Shown: positions 1 through 8,914 of the stretch, piece after piece
How the letters are laid out: every line of letters begins with the position of its first letter
Numbering within the stretch: the first letter of the stretch is position 1
NCBI GenBank assembly: GCA_016699955.1
Contig: CP064993.1
Location: forward strand, 90,001-122,000
Reading direction: 5' to 3'
Origin: Candidatus Saccharimonadota bacterium
GTDB lineage: Bacteria > Patescibacteriota > Saccharimonadia > Saccharimonadales > UBA4665
DNA: 32,000 nt
Translations under genes and position numbers: made by a program
Notes under the pieces: generated by a model
What the model was told of the DNA's origin: nothing
The model's database searches: none
The model's input: only the letters and a program-made list of their open reading frames with translations

Positions 1-679
1 CAATTTTCTCAGCGGTTGCGTGATAAGCGGTAGCGACACTTTGCGGTGTGTCACCAGTTTTGACCGTATAAACAATACCGCTTACTGGAGGTACGACGAG
101 TTTTAAGCCCGCAGTTACGTTGTCGTTGCTCAAACCATTTGACCAGCGGATACTTTCGGACGTAACGCCAAATTTTTGCGCAATAGTGCTTACATTGTCA
201 CCGGCTGCAACGGTATAATCGGTGATGTCTCGCCAACTTTTTTGGCCGGCTGTCACAACTTGCGGTTTCGCTGCAACGCTTGTGTCGCTTGCGCTAACTA
301 CCACCGCGACACGGGCGCTTTGTGCTTGGTTTGTAATGGGTGTTTTTTCTGGCAGATTGACGGTGTGCGCGATATTTGCAGCTACGTCGAATGAGGTTAG
401 CCTGTCGACAGGACTAACCGCAGCGGTTTCTGCAGATGTTTGTGAAGAAACGGTGGCAACAGTATCTGAATGTGCGCTGGTAACAACAAAAACCAACACA
501 GCACTCAACAACAAAAAGTTGGCCGCCACAAGGCTGAAACGTACAAGGCGCTTCTTAACGGCCTTACGTCGTAATGTCTTTTGTAAGCGCCGGCTTGCAA
601 GCTGCCGTCCGCGCTGTAAACGTTGGGACGCTGTTGACCCTGAGTTTGAAATACTAATACGATTCTCCTGGTGCCGCAC
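1..679 (-). CDS. LysM-domain cell-wall-binding protein with N-terminal membrane anchor (C-terminus runs off the left edge)
   Basis: Absent from the ORF track because it is open at the window edge. My reverse-strand translation of 1-679 is stop-free. It reads ...KKRLVRFSLVAANFLLLSAVLVFVV (TM helix), then YTVAAGDNVSTIAQKFGVTSESIRWSNGLSNDNVTAGLKLVVP (LysM 1), then YTVKTGDTPQSVATAYHATAEKI (LysM 2, cut by the edge). The start is placed at GTG 679, the first start codon after an in-frame TAA, and is uncertain. The + ORFs 176..394 and 222..788 are antisense shadows. Confidence 0.75.
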   Translation of the reverse strand, partial: MRHQENRISISNSGSTASQRLQRGRQLASRRLQKTLRRKAVKKRLVRFSLVAANFLLLSAVLVFVVTSAHSDTVATVSSQTSAETAAVSPVDRLTSFDVAANIAHTVNLPEKTPITNQAQSARVAVVVSASDTSVAAKPQVVTAGQKSWRDITDYTVAAGDNVSTIAQKFGVTSESIRWSNGLSNDNVTAGLKLVVPPVSGIVYTVKTGDTPQSVATAYHATAEKI

Positions 680-875
680 TACAGTTGTAGGGCAGGACCG
701 AGACTCTTATACGCTTTTTACGTTACTATGTGGGGACACCGAGACCGATGTCATTGATTTATATCGTTTGCTGCGAATAAAAGTATAACCCTCCATCAGA
801 TTTTGAAGGAATGGTTACTAAGGTATTGTACCAGAAAACTTCGTTCAAGCAACTCTCGTTAACACATTACCCCTG

Positions 876-1937
876 TTATTCTTCGCAGAGTTTGTGGCAA
901 TATTTGGCTGCCAGCGCTTCATGTTCGGCAACCGTCTTTGAGAAGTATGTTGTGCCGTTATCACCACTAACAAAAAATAACCAGTCTGTATTAGCCGGTT
1001 TTGCGACGGCTGCAAGCGAAACTTTGCTTACGTTACTTATGGGAGTAGGCGGTAGCCCCGTGTGCAAGCGTGTGTTGTAGGGTGTGTCGTAGGTGACATC
1101 TTTGCCTTTGCCGGCAAGAACAGAGCCATAGTGAGCCGTAACGTCACTTCCGAGCGGAATGCCACTTTTCAGACGTTTGATAAACACTTGCGCTGCTTGG
1201 GCACGATCTGCTTGGCTGACAACTTCTTTTTCGACTATTGAGGCAATGACAAGACCTTCATAAGTAGTGAGTCCTTGGCTTTTAAGGCCGGCTGTTATTT
1301 CGGGGGTGAGGTTTTTTTGCAGCTGTAAAATTGATTGTTCGACAATATTTTTTGCTGTCGTCGCTGCGGTACGCTGGAAAGTTTCGGGATAGAGATAGCC
1401 CTCAAGATTTGTTCCGGCAGGTTTATCGACAAACGCGGGGTAATTGTCATACTGCTGCGGAACCAATGCCGCGTCGACGTCGGCTTCGGTGAAACCTTGG
1501 TTTATAAGTGATCGCCTGATCTGGTCAAGACGCTGGCCGGGGAGAATAGTGACATAGGTTGTGGCGACCTTTCCGTGGGTAAGTTGCGACACAATTTCGG
1601 GAACGTTTTGGCGTTGGCTTATTTCGTAGGACCCGGCCTGGAGGTAACTGCTGACTTTGTGAATCCGCGCGTAATATTCAAACGTTTTCTCGCTACGTAT
1701 TAGCTCTGCCGATTTCAGTTTTGCAGCAATGCTTTTTACTGAAGCGCCCTGCTCAATAGTGATGGTTTCGGTACGGTTTCCGCCGACAGCTTCTAGCCCA
1801 GCGGTGTAGTCTCGCCAGAAAAAGAAGGCGCCTACACCCAGTAGGGCAATGATCGCAAGAGTGCACACTGCAATGAGTTTACCCCTGCGCCGTTTGTTCT
1901 TGCCTGATGGTGTATAACCTCGTGCTTTATACGTCAT
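876..1937 (-). CDS. mltG: Endolytic murein transglycosylase MltG (YceG family)
   Basis: ORF 876..1958(-). It has a basic N-terminus plus a TM helix (LIAVCTLAIIALLGVGAFFFW). YceG hallmarks follow: LVIASIVEKE, DTPYNTRLHTGLPPTPISN and WLFFVSGDNGTTYFSKT. I place the start at ATG 1937 (MTYKARG), which has AAGGAGGAG 5 nt upstream. The track's GTG at 1958 lacks an SD. The gene overlaps the ruvX stop by 11 nt. Confidence 0.92.
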   Translation of the reverse strand: MTYKARGYTPSGKNKRRRGKLIAVCTLAIIALLGVGAFFFWRDYTAGLEAVGGNRTETITIEQGASVKSIAAKLKSAELIRSEKTFEYYARIHKVSSYLQAGSYEISQRQNVPEIVSQLTHGKVATTYVTILPGQRLDQIRRSLINQGFTEADVDAALVPQQYDNYPAFVDKPAGTNLEGYLYPETFQRTAATTAKNIVEQSILQLQKNLTPEITAGLKSQGLTTYEGLVIASIVEKEVVSQADRAQAAQVFIKRLKSGIPLGSDVTAHYGSVLAGKGKDVTYDTPYNTRLHTGLPPTPISNVSKVSLAAVAKPANTDWLFFVSGDNGTTYFSKTVAEHEALAAKYCHKLCEE

Positions 1938-2349
1938 ATGCTCCTCCTTGTTCTTCACGGTACCGCTCGAGAATCAATGCTGCCGACATTGCGTCAATAT
2001 CCGATTTTGTATATGCCTTACCAATGGCTCGTAGCGCAGCTTCTGCTTCCTCGCTTGAAAGTGTTTCGTCTGTGGTGTACACGGGAACGTTTACAACATC
2101 ACCAAGCCTACGCGCAAATGCTTCGCACTCCTGGCTCTGAGTGCTCTCGCTGCCATCCATATTACGCGGCACACCAACCACAACACTAGAGACGTGTTCT
2201 TTTTCAATCAGTAGCTGAATGTCACTGAGCAGCTGGGGCGTATGGATGAGCGTAGTCAGCGGGCGCGGCAACTGCGCCACCTCGTGCATTAGCGCAACAC
2301 CAACCCGTTTTTCACCATAATCAATCCCGAGAATGTAGTCGGCTGCCAT
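1927..2349 (-). CDS. ruvX: Putative pre-16S rRNA nuclease / Holliday-junction-resolvase-like protein RuvX (YqgF)
   Basis: ORF 1927..2376(-). YqgF signatures are present: ILGIDYGEKRVGVAL near the N-terminus and VVVGVPRNMDGSES mid-protein. The size is about 140 aa. The start is placed at ATG 2349 (MAADYILGIDYG), which lies 1 nt after the TAG of the upstream gene (TAGTATG junction). It has the conserved neighbourhood with mltG. Confidence 0.9.
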   Translation of the reverse strand: MAADYILGIDYGEKRVGVALMHEVAQLPRPLTTLIHTPQLLSDIQLLIEKEHVSSVVVGVPRNMDGSESTQSQECEAFARRLGDVVNVPVYTTDETLSSEEAEAALRAIGKAYTKSDIDAMSAALILERYREEQGGAYDV

Positions 2350-2350
2350 A

Positions 2351-4186
2351 CTAGCGGGCGGTTGTCGGCTTTGCAATAGTGACCGTTATTTTACTTGTAT
2401 CTTTTGGCGCAGATGACACCCAAAACGGACCATAACTTACTTCAACTTCGGTTACACCGGGTAGCGCACTTAGGACTTGCTTTATTTCGTTGGCCTTTTT
2501 CCCCGCAATTTGTTTCTTTAGGTCTTCGACATTCAGCTCCGGCCCAGCGACAGATTCGACCCGCGCACTCACTACAGCACTTGTTGCCGTACCGGGTGTT
2601 TGCTGTGTGAAAACTGTTTTTGCGACGCCATTATCGAGAATTTTTTGCTTTTTTGGGTCAATCTGCTCTTCGACATTGGCAACAACTAACGCCTGCAGGT
2701 CAATTTGCTTAATGCCCAGCATGGTGTACGGTACAACTGATGTCACAGTGATGGTATCTGCCGATTCGCCTGGGCTAGCGCTGGAGCTAACTTGTTGGTC
2801 TCCCGTCAGAAACGTGGAGGTTATGGCCAATAAGCCCTTGGCTTTCAAAGCTGTTTCCATTTCTAGTTTTACTGACGTAGAATCTTGGGCGGCAATTTTT
2901 GATTTTGCAGAGTCAATATCTGCCTGGGCAACAACTTTGACGATGTTGTCGGTTCCGCCCGCAGTAGAGCCTGTACCGCTCGTCCCACCTTGCCTCGTAA
3001 ATGTCGTACCCGATGTCATGTTGTACTCAGCTCCGGCTTTGAGCGCAGTAATATTTACGTTGTTTGTGGTGTATTTTACGCAGCTACCACTTGCTCCGTT
3101 AAATGAATATTCTCCTTTTTCCTGCGTGATAAATGTTTTACCTGCGGCAGTCACGCTTGAGCCAGTTGTAACATCACTGGGCGCGCCGACATCGGGGGCA
3201 CATTTGGTAACGGAAAATTTGACCGTGCCAGTAGCTTTGTCTCCTGTATTTTGCTGGCCGGTGGCCGCAACTTGCTGTGTGTAAGATTTTTGCTGTGTCT
3301 GGGCAGTTGCTGGAATAATTTTATTTTCTTCGTCAAGCTGCTTTGCGGCGGTATCTAGTGTAAGGTTTAAGTTACTTTTGACAACCTGTGAATTTGTCTT
3401 TATGGCAACGCTGGCTTTCGGCAGTAAGGTTGTTGCAACAACCCATCCAACTACGAGAAAGATAACCCCAAAGACGCCAAGAGCAATACGAAGACGAAAC
3501 TTGTCAAAGTTTGGAACGGCCAGCTTCTTATTTTTTTTGACCGGAATGACGTCAAGCTTTTCGTCCGTATTAGCGCCGGCAAGCTCGCTACCATTATCCA
3601 TGATTACTTCTTCGATTGGCGTCTTGCTAGCGGCAATAGGCGGTAAGCCCGCTAGCTCACCGACAGGGATTTCACCGGACGCATCGGGGTCAAATTCGTC
3701 TGCTACCGTGCCGCTGTTGTCGGCAACGGGCAGTGGCTCGTCGACATTTTCTGGTTCGTCACTAGGTAAATCAGGCCGCGGTGGAATGGCTGGTTTGCTG
3801 GAGGGCGTTTCTGCAACATGCATACCGATAAGCCCAGCTAGCGGTAACAAACTAGCCTCCGATGTCACAAGCACAAGGTTTTTGTTGCCAGCTTCGGCCG
3901 CTCGCTTCAGAAGACGCATATTGACTACGCTTTGGAGTACTGTTGCGCGCTTCGGCAAAACGAGCGCAATAATACCACCCTTGGATTTGCCAACCCTTTC
4001 AATAATGGCTGTAATTTCATCATCAACATCGACATAAATGGTTTCTTTGGCAGTTGTGCCCGCCACCGTACTAAGCTTTGGGCTAGCCGCCCGAGACTGC
4101 GTAAGCTTTTTCGGTTTGGCGGGTTTTGGAGATTTTAGTTTCAGTTTACCGGACTTTGCGACTATCATATTTTCATCATCAGACAT
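2351..4186 (-). CDS. Hypothetical bitopic membrane protein (611 aa): cytoplasmic N-domain, one TM helix, large T/S/G/A-rich extracellular domain
   Basis: ORF 2351..4186(-). The lysine-rich N-terminus is followed by a compact domain (IYVDVDDEITAIIERVGKSKGGIIALVLPKRATVLQSVVNMRLLKRAAEAG). An acidic/proline linker comes next, then a TM helix (IALGVFGVIFLVVGWVVATTLL). About 350 aa of beta-rich-looking sequence follows. Its ATG overlaps the stop of the FtsA-like gene (ATGTCTGA, 4179-4186). I recognise no family. Confidence 0.7.
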   Translation of the reverse strand: MSDDENMIVAKSGKLKLKSPKPAKPKKLTQSRAASPKLSTVAGTTAKETIYVDVDDEITAIIERVGKSKGGIIALVLPKRATVLQSVVNMRLLKRAAEAGNKNLVLVTSEASLLPLAGLIGMHVAETPSSKPAIPPRPDLPSDEPENVDEPLPVADNSGTVADEFDPDASGEIPVGELAGLPPIAASKTPIEEVIMDNGSELAGANTDEKLDVIPVKKNKKLAVPNFDKFRLRIALGVFGVIFLVVGWVVATTLLPKASVAIKTNSQVVKSNLNLTLDTAAKQLDEENKIIPATAQTQQKSYTQQVAATGQQNTGDKATGTVKFSVTKCAPDVGAPSDVTTGSSVTAAGKTFITQEKGEYSFNGASGSCVKYTTNNVNITALKAGAEYNMTSGTTFTRQGGTSGTGSTAGGTDNIVKVVAQADIDSAKSKIAAQDSTSVKLEMETALKAKGLLAITSTFLTGDQQVSSSASPGESADTITVTSVVPYTMLGIKQIDLQALVVANVEEQIDPKKQKILDNGVAKTVFTQQTPGTATSAVVSARVESVAGPELNVEDLKKQIAGKKANEIKQVLSALPGVTEVEVSYGPFWVSSAPKDTSKITVTIAKPTTAR

Positions 4187-5489
4187 GGAGTATCCTATCG
4201 AGCTTTTCTTTCATGGTATCGCCAGTGCTACCGGTATATTGTACCGTATCAACCCCCACGCGGAGTAGCCCCATTGCCGTTACGAACGTGTGGTCTTTGA
4301 CTTTCCCGCTCTGGTCAACTATGCCTACGACTTGGTCAGGATGAATATGCTCAATAACTGGTTTACGGGTGAAGGGTAGCTTTGTGTACCAATCGCTATC
4401 GTGCAGACGGTCAACAAGTAGCTGCAAGCTAGAGCCTCCTCCGCAAAGATAAATACGGTGTGGTAAATGGTCAAGTTTTGTAAACTCGCCCAGTGCAAGC
4501 TCGACACCACTAACCCAGACATCGAGCACTTTCGAAAGCGACTTCTCTACTGCTGCGACTTTTTGAGGCGGCAAACTCTGAACCGCTAGCCCAAGTTTCA
4601 TTTGCTCTGCGTCGTCAAACTCGACTCCAAAATCCCGCTCAATAACCCGTGTGTACGCCCTGCCGCCGATGCCGAACATTTTTGTGCCCTGTACGCCACC
4701 ATCGTTGACGACCGCAATATCTGTTGTACCACCGCCTACGTCCATGAGAATGGCGCTCATACTTGCCGACTGGTCGTCGCCTATCACGGCACGTGCTACG
4801 GCAAACGGTTCCGCTGCCACCGCAATCAGGTCAAGGTCGAGCTGCTCGGCCGTCCGTTCAAGCGCACCAATATGTATAAGTGGTGCAAACGCCGTATAAA
4901 GCTGGACAAGAACATCCTTGCCCTGAAACCCAACCGGGTTAGTGACTGGGTAGCCATCTATTTCCATGCCAACAAGCGCACTATTAACCAGTTTGACGCT
5001 GACTTCTTTGCCGCCAAGCTCCCAGGCGAGTTGTTGCTTGGCCTTGGCCTCTGCGCGTTGTTGCACCAGTTTGATAATGCGCTCGACTTCGGGCATATCC
5101 ATTGCCACTTCTGGTGTTTTGCGCACAACTCTCACGGTTGTGGTGGTGCCCTTGACAAGCTCTCCGGCAATACCTATGACCGCGCTTCGAACACTGACAC
5201 CGGCTTGCTGCTCGGCTTCGTTAAGGGCTGCGTCGCAGTTTTCTACCACCCCGCCAATGTCGGCAATTGCCCCAGCCTGCATGTCGCTTAGTTTTTGGCG
5301 GGCTCGCCCAGTACCGATGATATCTATTCCTTCGTCGGTGACGCGGGCAATCAGCGCTTTGACATATTCGGTACCGATATCAAGCGCCACAAGGTGTTTT
5401 TCTGGTGGCTCGGCATTTTTCCTACTTCGAACCCGGCTTTTTGCAACCTGTGAAGCAGTATCTTTAAGACTCTTGAACTTATCAAGCAT
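4179..5489 (-). CDS. ftsA: FtsA-like actin-fold (ASKHA) ATPase
   Basis: ORF 4179..5489(-), 436 aa. The phosphate-1 motif is LVALDIGTEYVKALIARV. This is followed by IIGTGRARQKLSDMQAGAIADIGGVVENCDAALNEAEQQAGV, matching the FtsA pattern G.G...S.G...G.I.DI. Further FtsA-like elements are EIDGYPVTNPVGFQGKDVLVQLYTAF, MDVGGGTTDIAV (phosphate-2) and LCGGGSSL (adenosine motif). There is a short amphipathic-looking C-terminus. No ftsZ is adjacent, so it could be a paralogue. Confidence 0.75.
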   Translation of the reverse strand: MLDKFKSLKDTASQVAKSRVRSRKNAEPPEKHLVALDIGTEYVKALIARVTDEGIDIIGTGRARQKLSDMQAGAIADIGGVVENCDAALNEAEQQAGVSVRSAVIGIAGELVKGTTTTVRVVRKTPEVAMDMPEVERIIKLVQQRAEAKAKQQLAWELGGKEVSVKLVNSALVGMEIDGYPVTNPVGFQGKDVLVQLYTAFAPLIHIGALERTAEQLDLDLIAVAAEPFAVARAVIGDDQSASMSAILMDVGGGTTDIAVVNDGGVQGTKMFGIGGRAYTRVIERDFGVEFDDAEQMKLGLAVQSLPPQKVAAVEKSLSKVLDVWVSGVELALGEFTKLDHLPHRIYLCGGGSSLQLLVDRLHDSDWYTKLPFTRKPVIEHIHPDQVVGIVDQSGKVKDHTFVTAMGLLRVGVDTVQYTGSTGDTMKEKLDRILHV

Positions 5490-5585
5490 ATGGTTTCCAT
5501 TGTAACATAACGCCTCCAGTACGAGTATTTGTATATCTTGGCTTTTATTTTCTTATGATTTAATTATACTGGCGTCCTCGGTGGA

Positions 5586-7481
5586 CTAGACCATGGCGGC
5601 TTTGATACGGCGAATGCCAGCGGAGGAGGCTTCTTCTTTAATGATTTTGTAGGTCTTGCCACTAGGATTGCCCTCGTCATCTTGGGCAAGTTGGCCGGTG
5701 TGGTCAACGTGCGGGCCACCGCAGATTTCAAGACTAACGATATGGTCGTCTGTTCCCATTTGATACACCTTCACCGTTTCGCCGTAGCGTTCCCCAAACG
5801 GACCGATAGCACCCATGTCGAGTGCTTGCAGCGTCGGGTATTCGGTAAATTTCACTGGGTGGTCTTCGGCAATCCACTGGTTTACAAGGTCTTCTGCCTG
5901 TTTAATTTCTTCAGGAGTCATTTTGCGGTCAAGGTTGAAATCAAACCGCAGGCGCTCCTCGGTGATATTGCTACCGTGCTGACGTAACTCTGACCCAAAA
6001 ATTTCACGCAGTGCAGACTGTAACAGGTGGGTACCCGTGTGATACCGCCTATGCTGCATGGTGTGGCCGCCCAAGCCGCCTTTAAAAGTTCCCTTTGCCG
6101 CTGTTTGGCTGCGCGCTCGTTGCTCGGCCATTTTGGTTTCAAATTCTTTTTGCCAAGTGGCGCTCAAATTAAACCCACGAACCCCCGCCTCTTCTGTGCT
6201 TAGCTCGGTCGGAAAACCAAATGTATCATACAAAGTAAAAATGTTTTCACCGGTGAGCCCGTTTTCAGCCATGCGTTCGAGCTGCTGCAGTCCTTTGCGC
6301 AGTGTCTGCCGAAATACTTTTTCCTCCTTGGCCAGAACCGCAATGACGGTTTCGCGGTTGTCTTTGACTTCAGGGAAATCGGCTTCGTAAATGTCGGCGA
6401 TAACCGGCACAACTGCCTCAAGGAAATTCTGCTCAATGCCCAAATCAAACGCATAGCGAATGGCGCGACGCACCAGGCGGCGCATGACGTAGCCCTGCTC
6501 CTTATTGCTCGGTGTGACGCCGTCAACAGCTAGAAACGAGGCGGCCCGAAGATGATCGGCAATCACCCGCATACTTTCGGTGTGACTATCGTACTTTTTG
6601 CCACTGATAGCCTCAAGCTTCTCAATGATTGGCCAAATAACACTTATCTTAAACATGTCTGGCGAGTTCAGCTGTGCGGCAGCAATCCGCTCTAGGCCTG
6701 CGCCAAAGTCGACGTTTTGAGCCGGTAGCTTTTCAAAACCCTTTTCGGTGCGGACATATTCCATGAACACGCTATTGCCGATTTCCATAAACCGGCCGCA
6801 ATCGCAGTTCGGATGACAGTGCTCACCCCATTTCGGGTCATGAGTGATGAAACTGAACTCATAAAAAACTTCACTGTCTGGCCCACCTGGCTCACCGGCA
6901 GGCATGTCGCCAATCTTACCGGCTCGGCACCACCAGTTTTTGCTTGCGTCGTAGAAAAAGATTCGTCCGCCTTGCATACCTTTGGCCGAGCCATCGGCTT
7001 CAGAACCTATTTCGACTGTTTTGGCTTCAATGCCTTGTGACGCAAATAGTTTCTGCCAGATTTCGGCAGACTCAGTGTCACGCGGAATACCCTGCGTGTT
7101 ATCGCCAATGAAGGCCGTTACATATAACTTTTTGGGGTCAAGCCCCACAAAATCAGTGAGAAATTCCCAAAACCATGGCAGTTGCTCAGCTTTAAAATAG
7201 TCGCCAAGCGACCAATTCCCGAGCATCTCAAAAAATGTCGTGTGGCGATTGTTGCCGACTTCTTCAATGTCCTGTGCGCGTAAGCACGTCTGACTGTCGA
7301 CCAACCTCACGCCTTTTGGGTGTTTTTCTCCTAGCAAATACGGCAAAAGCGGCTGCATGCCGCTACCAGTAAAAAGCGTGGTCGGATCGTTGTCTGGCAC
7401 CAGCCGCGCCCTCGGTATTACCTCGTGGCTACGGTCGGCAAAGAATTTCAGGTACGCATTACGGATATCTTGTGCTGTCAT
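5586..7481 (-). CDS. alaS: Alanine--tRNA ligase, short form (631 aa, no C-Ala domain)
   Basis: ORF 5586..7481(-). The N-terminus MTAQDIRNAYLKFFADRSHEVIPRARLVPDNDPTTLFTGSGMQPLLPYLLG is the canonical AlaRS class II catalytic start. FEMLGNWSLGDYFK is present. The editing-domain Zn motifs HTGTHLLQSAL and CGGPHV are present. The protein ends about 35 aa after CGGPHV. Confidence 0.95.
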   Translation of the reverse strand: MTAQDIRNAYLKFFADRSHEVIPRARLVPDNDPTTLFTGSGMQPLLPYLLGEKHPKGVRLVDSQTCLRAQDIEEVGNNRHTTFFEMLGNWSLGDYFKAEQLPWFWEFLTDFVGLDPKKLYVTAFIGDNTQGIPRDTESAEIWQKLFASQGIEAKTVEIGSEADGSAKGMQGGRIFFYDASKNWWCRAGKIGDMPAGEPGGPDSEVFYEFSFITHDPKWGEHCHPNCDCGRFMEIGNSVFMEYVRTEKGFEKLPAQNVDFGAGLERIAAAQLNSPDMFKISVIWPIIEKLEAISGKKYDSHTESMRVIADHLRAASFLAVDGVTPSNKEQGYVMRRLVRRAIRYAFDLGIEQNFLEAVVPVIADIYEADFPEVKDNRETVIAVLAKEEKVFRQTLRKGLQQLERMAENGLTGENIFTLYDTFGFPTELSTEEAGVRGFNLSATWQKEFETKMAEQRARSQTAAKGTFKGGLGGHTMQHRRYHTGTHLLQSALREIFGSELRQHGSNITEERLRFDFNLDRKMTPEEIKQAEDLVNQWIAEDHPVKFTEYPTLQALDMGAIGPFGERYGETVKVYQMGTDDHIVSLEICGGPHVDHTGQLAQDDEGNPSGKTYKIIKEEASSAGIRRIKAAMV

Positions 7482-7519
7482 TCGCCTAGTATAACAGATA
7501 GCTTGCTAGCGGTGGGGTG

Positions 7520-8914
7520 TTATGGTGACAGTTCCAAAAAGGCTCTACCGACTGTATCGCAGACAGCCGCATATGCACGGTTTTTTTTATCGTCTGGGGG
7601 CGCCTGTTCAAATGTAGAATTTGTGAGCAAAACCGCCCACATATCCGTTTCTGGATCAACCATCATTATAACCCCGTTATGGCCAGTATGGCCAAACGTC
7701 TGCGGACTCATGATGCTTGAATATGACCGGTTGGCATTCGTTCTAAACCCGAGTGCATAGCTTTTTTTGTCTGTCGAAGCTGTAGTAAGCGCGGCGACAG
7801 AAGGAGCGTTCAATAAAACTTGTCCTTTATACGTCCCTCTATTGGCAAGCATAGCGGCGAACTTCCCTGCATCTTCGGCTGTACTAAAAACCCCAGCGTG
7901 CCCTGAAGCACCACCGAGCCCCCGCGCCAAACTGTCTTGCTGAACGCAGTTTAATTCTTCTTTCTGGTTGTAGTCCGAAGATGTTGGGGCGCAGTCCGCC
8001 TGAGGATGGTAAGTACTATTTTTCATACCTAGCGGTTGGAAAATATTCTGTGTGATAACCCCTTCCAGCGAACCCCCGACTGCCTTGCCTCCGACCGCCC
8101 ATGCGACAGAAAAACCCACATTCGAATAGGCATAGGTCTTGCCGGGTGTTTCTTTTAGTGGCTGGGATAAAACTTTCTTTTGTACGGCTTGAGGGTTAGG
8201 GCTTGAACCAATGATACTAGCGTACCTTACATCTTTAAGACCCGCTCGGTGACCAAGCAATTGCCGCATAGTCACCGTTGCTTTATTGCCGACGCCGTAC
8301 TCGGGAATAAACCGACCGACTGGATCATCCAATTGCAATTTTCCGGCCTCGACCGCTCTCACGATGGCCGCTGCAGTAAACGGCTTACTGAGTGACGATA
8401 GGTCGTATTTTGTCACCCCCGGGTCAATTGGTTTGCCACCCTCATAGCGTGTGCTTCCGAAACCAACTGACACAATTTGGTTTTCACCGCAGCCCGCCAC
8501 CACGGCAGCACCCGGAGCAAGCCGTGGATCTAGAACAGATGATTTAACAGTTGCTGCTAGGCTATTTCTTAGCTTCTCGGCCGCCTCAGGGTGTTTCAAC
8601 CAACTTCCACAATTTTTTTCCCCTGTACCACCTGTTGCTTGCGCAGAATTATTTTCAGGGGTATTCGGCTGTGGCATTAACGGGGCACTTGATTCAGGCG
8701 TATCCGTGAGTGTAGCACCAACAATTCCTAGCACCAGTTTGCCGCTGGCAGAAAGCTCCTGCCAAGAGCGCTTTTCCATGCCAACAGTAAAATACGGCGC
8801 TTCATCAATTCCATGCACATTGCCACTATGTTGGTTGACATCATACGCGCCGTGAGCACCCACTGCAATAGCCGCCCCCAAAGCTGTAACTGCGCCTATT
8901 CTTAAAATACTCAT
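7520..8914 (-). CDS. Secreted beta-lactamase-fold serine hydrolase (class C beta-lactamase / DD-peptidase-like)
   Basis: ORF 7520..8914(-), 464 aa. It has a signal-like N-terminus (MSILRIGAVTALGAAIAVGAHGAY). The motifs are SxxK (LSSLSKPFTAAAIV), YxN (YAYSNVGF) and HTG in place of KTG (FGHTGHNG). Confidence 0.85.
   Translation of the reverse strand: MSILRIGAVTALGAAIAVGAHGAYDVNQHSGNVHGIDEAPYFTVGMEKRSWQELSASGKLVLGIVGATLTDTPESSAPLMPQPNTPENNSAQATGGTGEKNCGSWLKHPEAAEKLRNSLAATVKSSVLDPRLAPGAAVVAGCGENQIVSVGFGSTRYEGGKPIDPGVTKYDLSSLSKPFTAAAIVRAVEAGKLQLDDPVGRFIPEYGVGNKATVTMRQLLGHRAGLKDVRYASIIGSSPNPQAVQKKVLSQPLKETPGKTYAYSNVGFSVAWAVGGKAVGGSLEGVITQNIFQPLGMKNSTYHPQADCAPTSSDYNQKEELNCVQQDSLARGLGGASGHAGVFSTAEDAGKFAAMLANRGTYKGQVLLNAPSVAALTTASTDKKSYALGFRTNANRSYSSIMSPQTFGHTGHNGVIMMVDPETDMWAVLLTNSTFEQAPPDDKKNRAYAAVCDTVGRAFLELSP

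Noticed and set aside
176-788. Plus-strand ORFs 176..394 and 222..788 (72 and 188 aa)
   Set aside because: They lie antisense to a clean LysM-domain reading frame on the minus strand. Their products are Cys/Arg/Thr/Leu-rich with no motif. They are shadow ORFs.
2395-5505. Long plus-strand ORFs 2490..3284 (264 aa), 3378..4037 (219 aa), 4602..5291 (229 aa), 4966..5505 (179 aa) and others
   Set aside because: All are antisense to the 611-aa membrane protein and the FtsA-like gene, whose frames carry clear motifs and SD/overlap signals. The antisense products are S/P/A/L-rich low-complexity sequence, as expected from reading codon complements.
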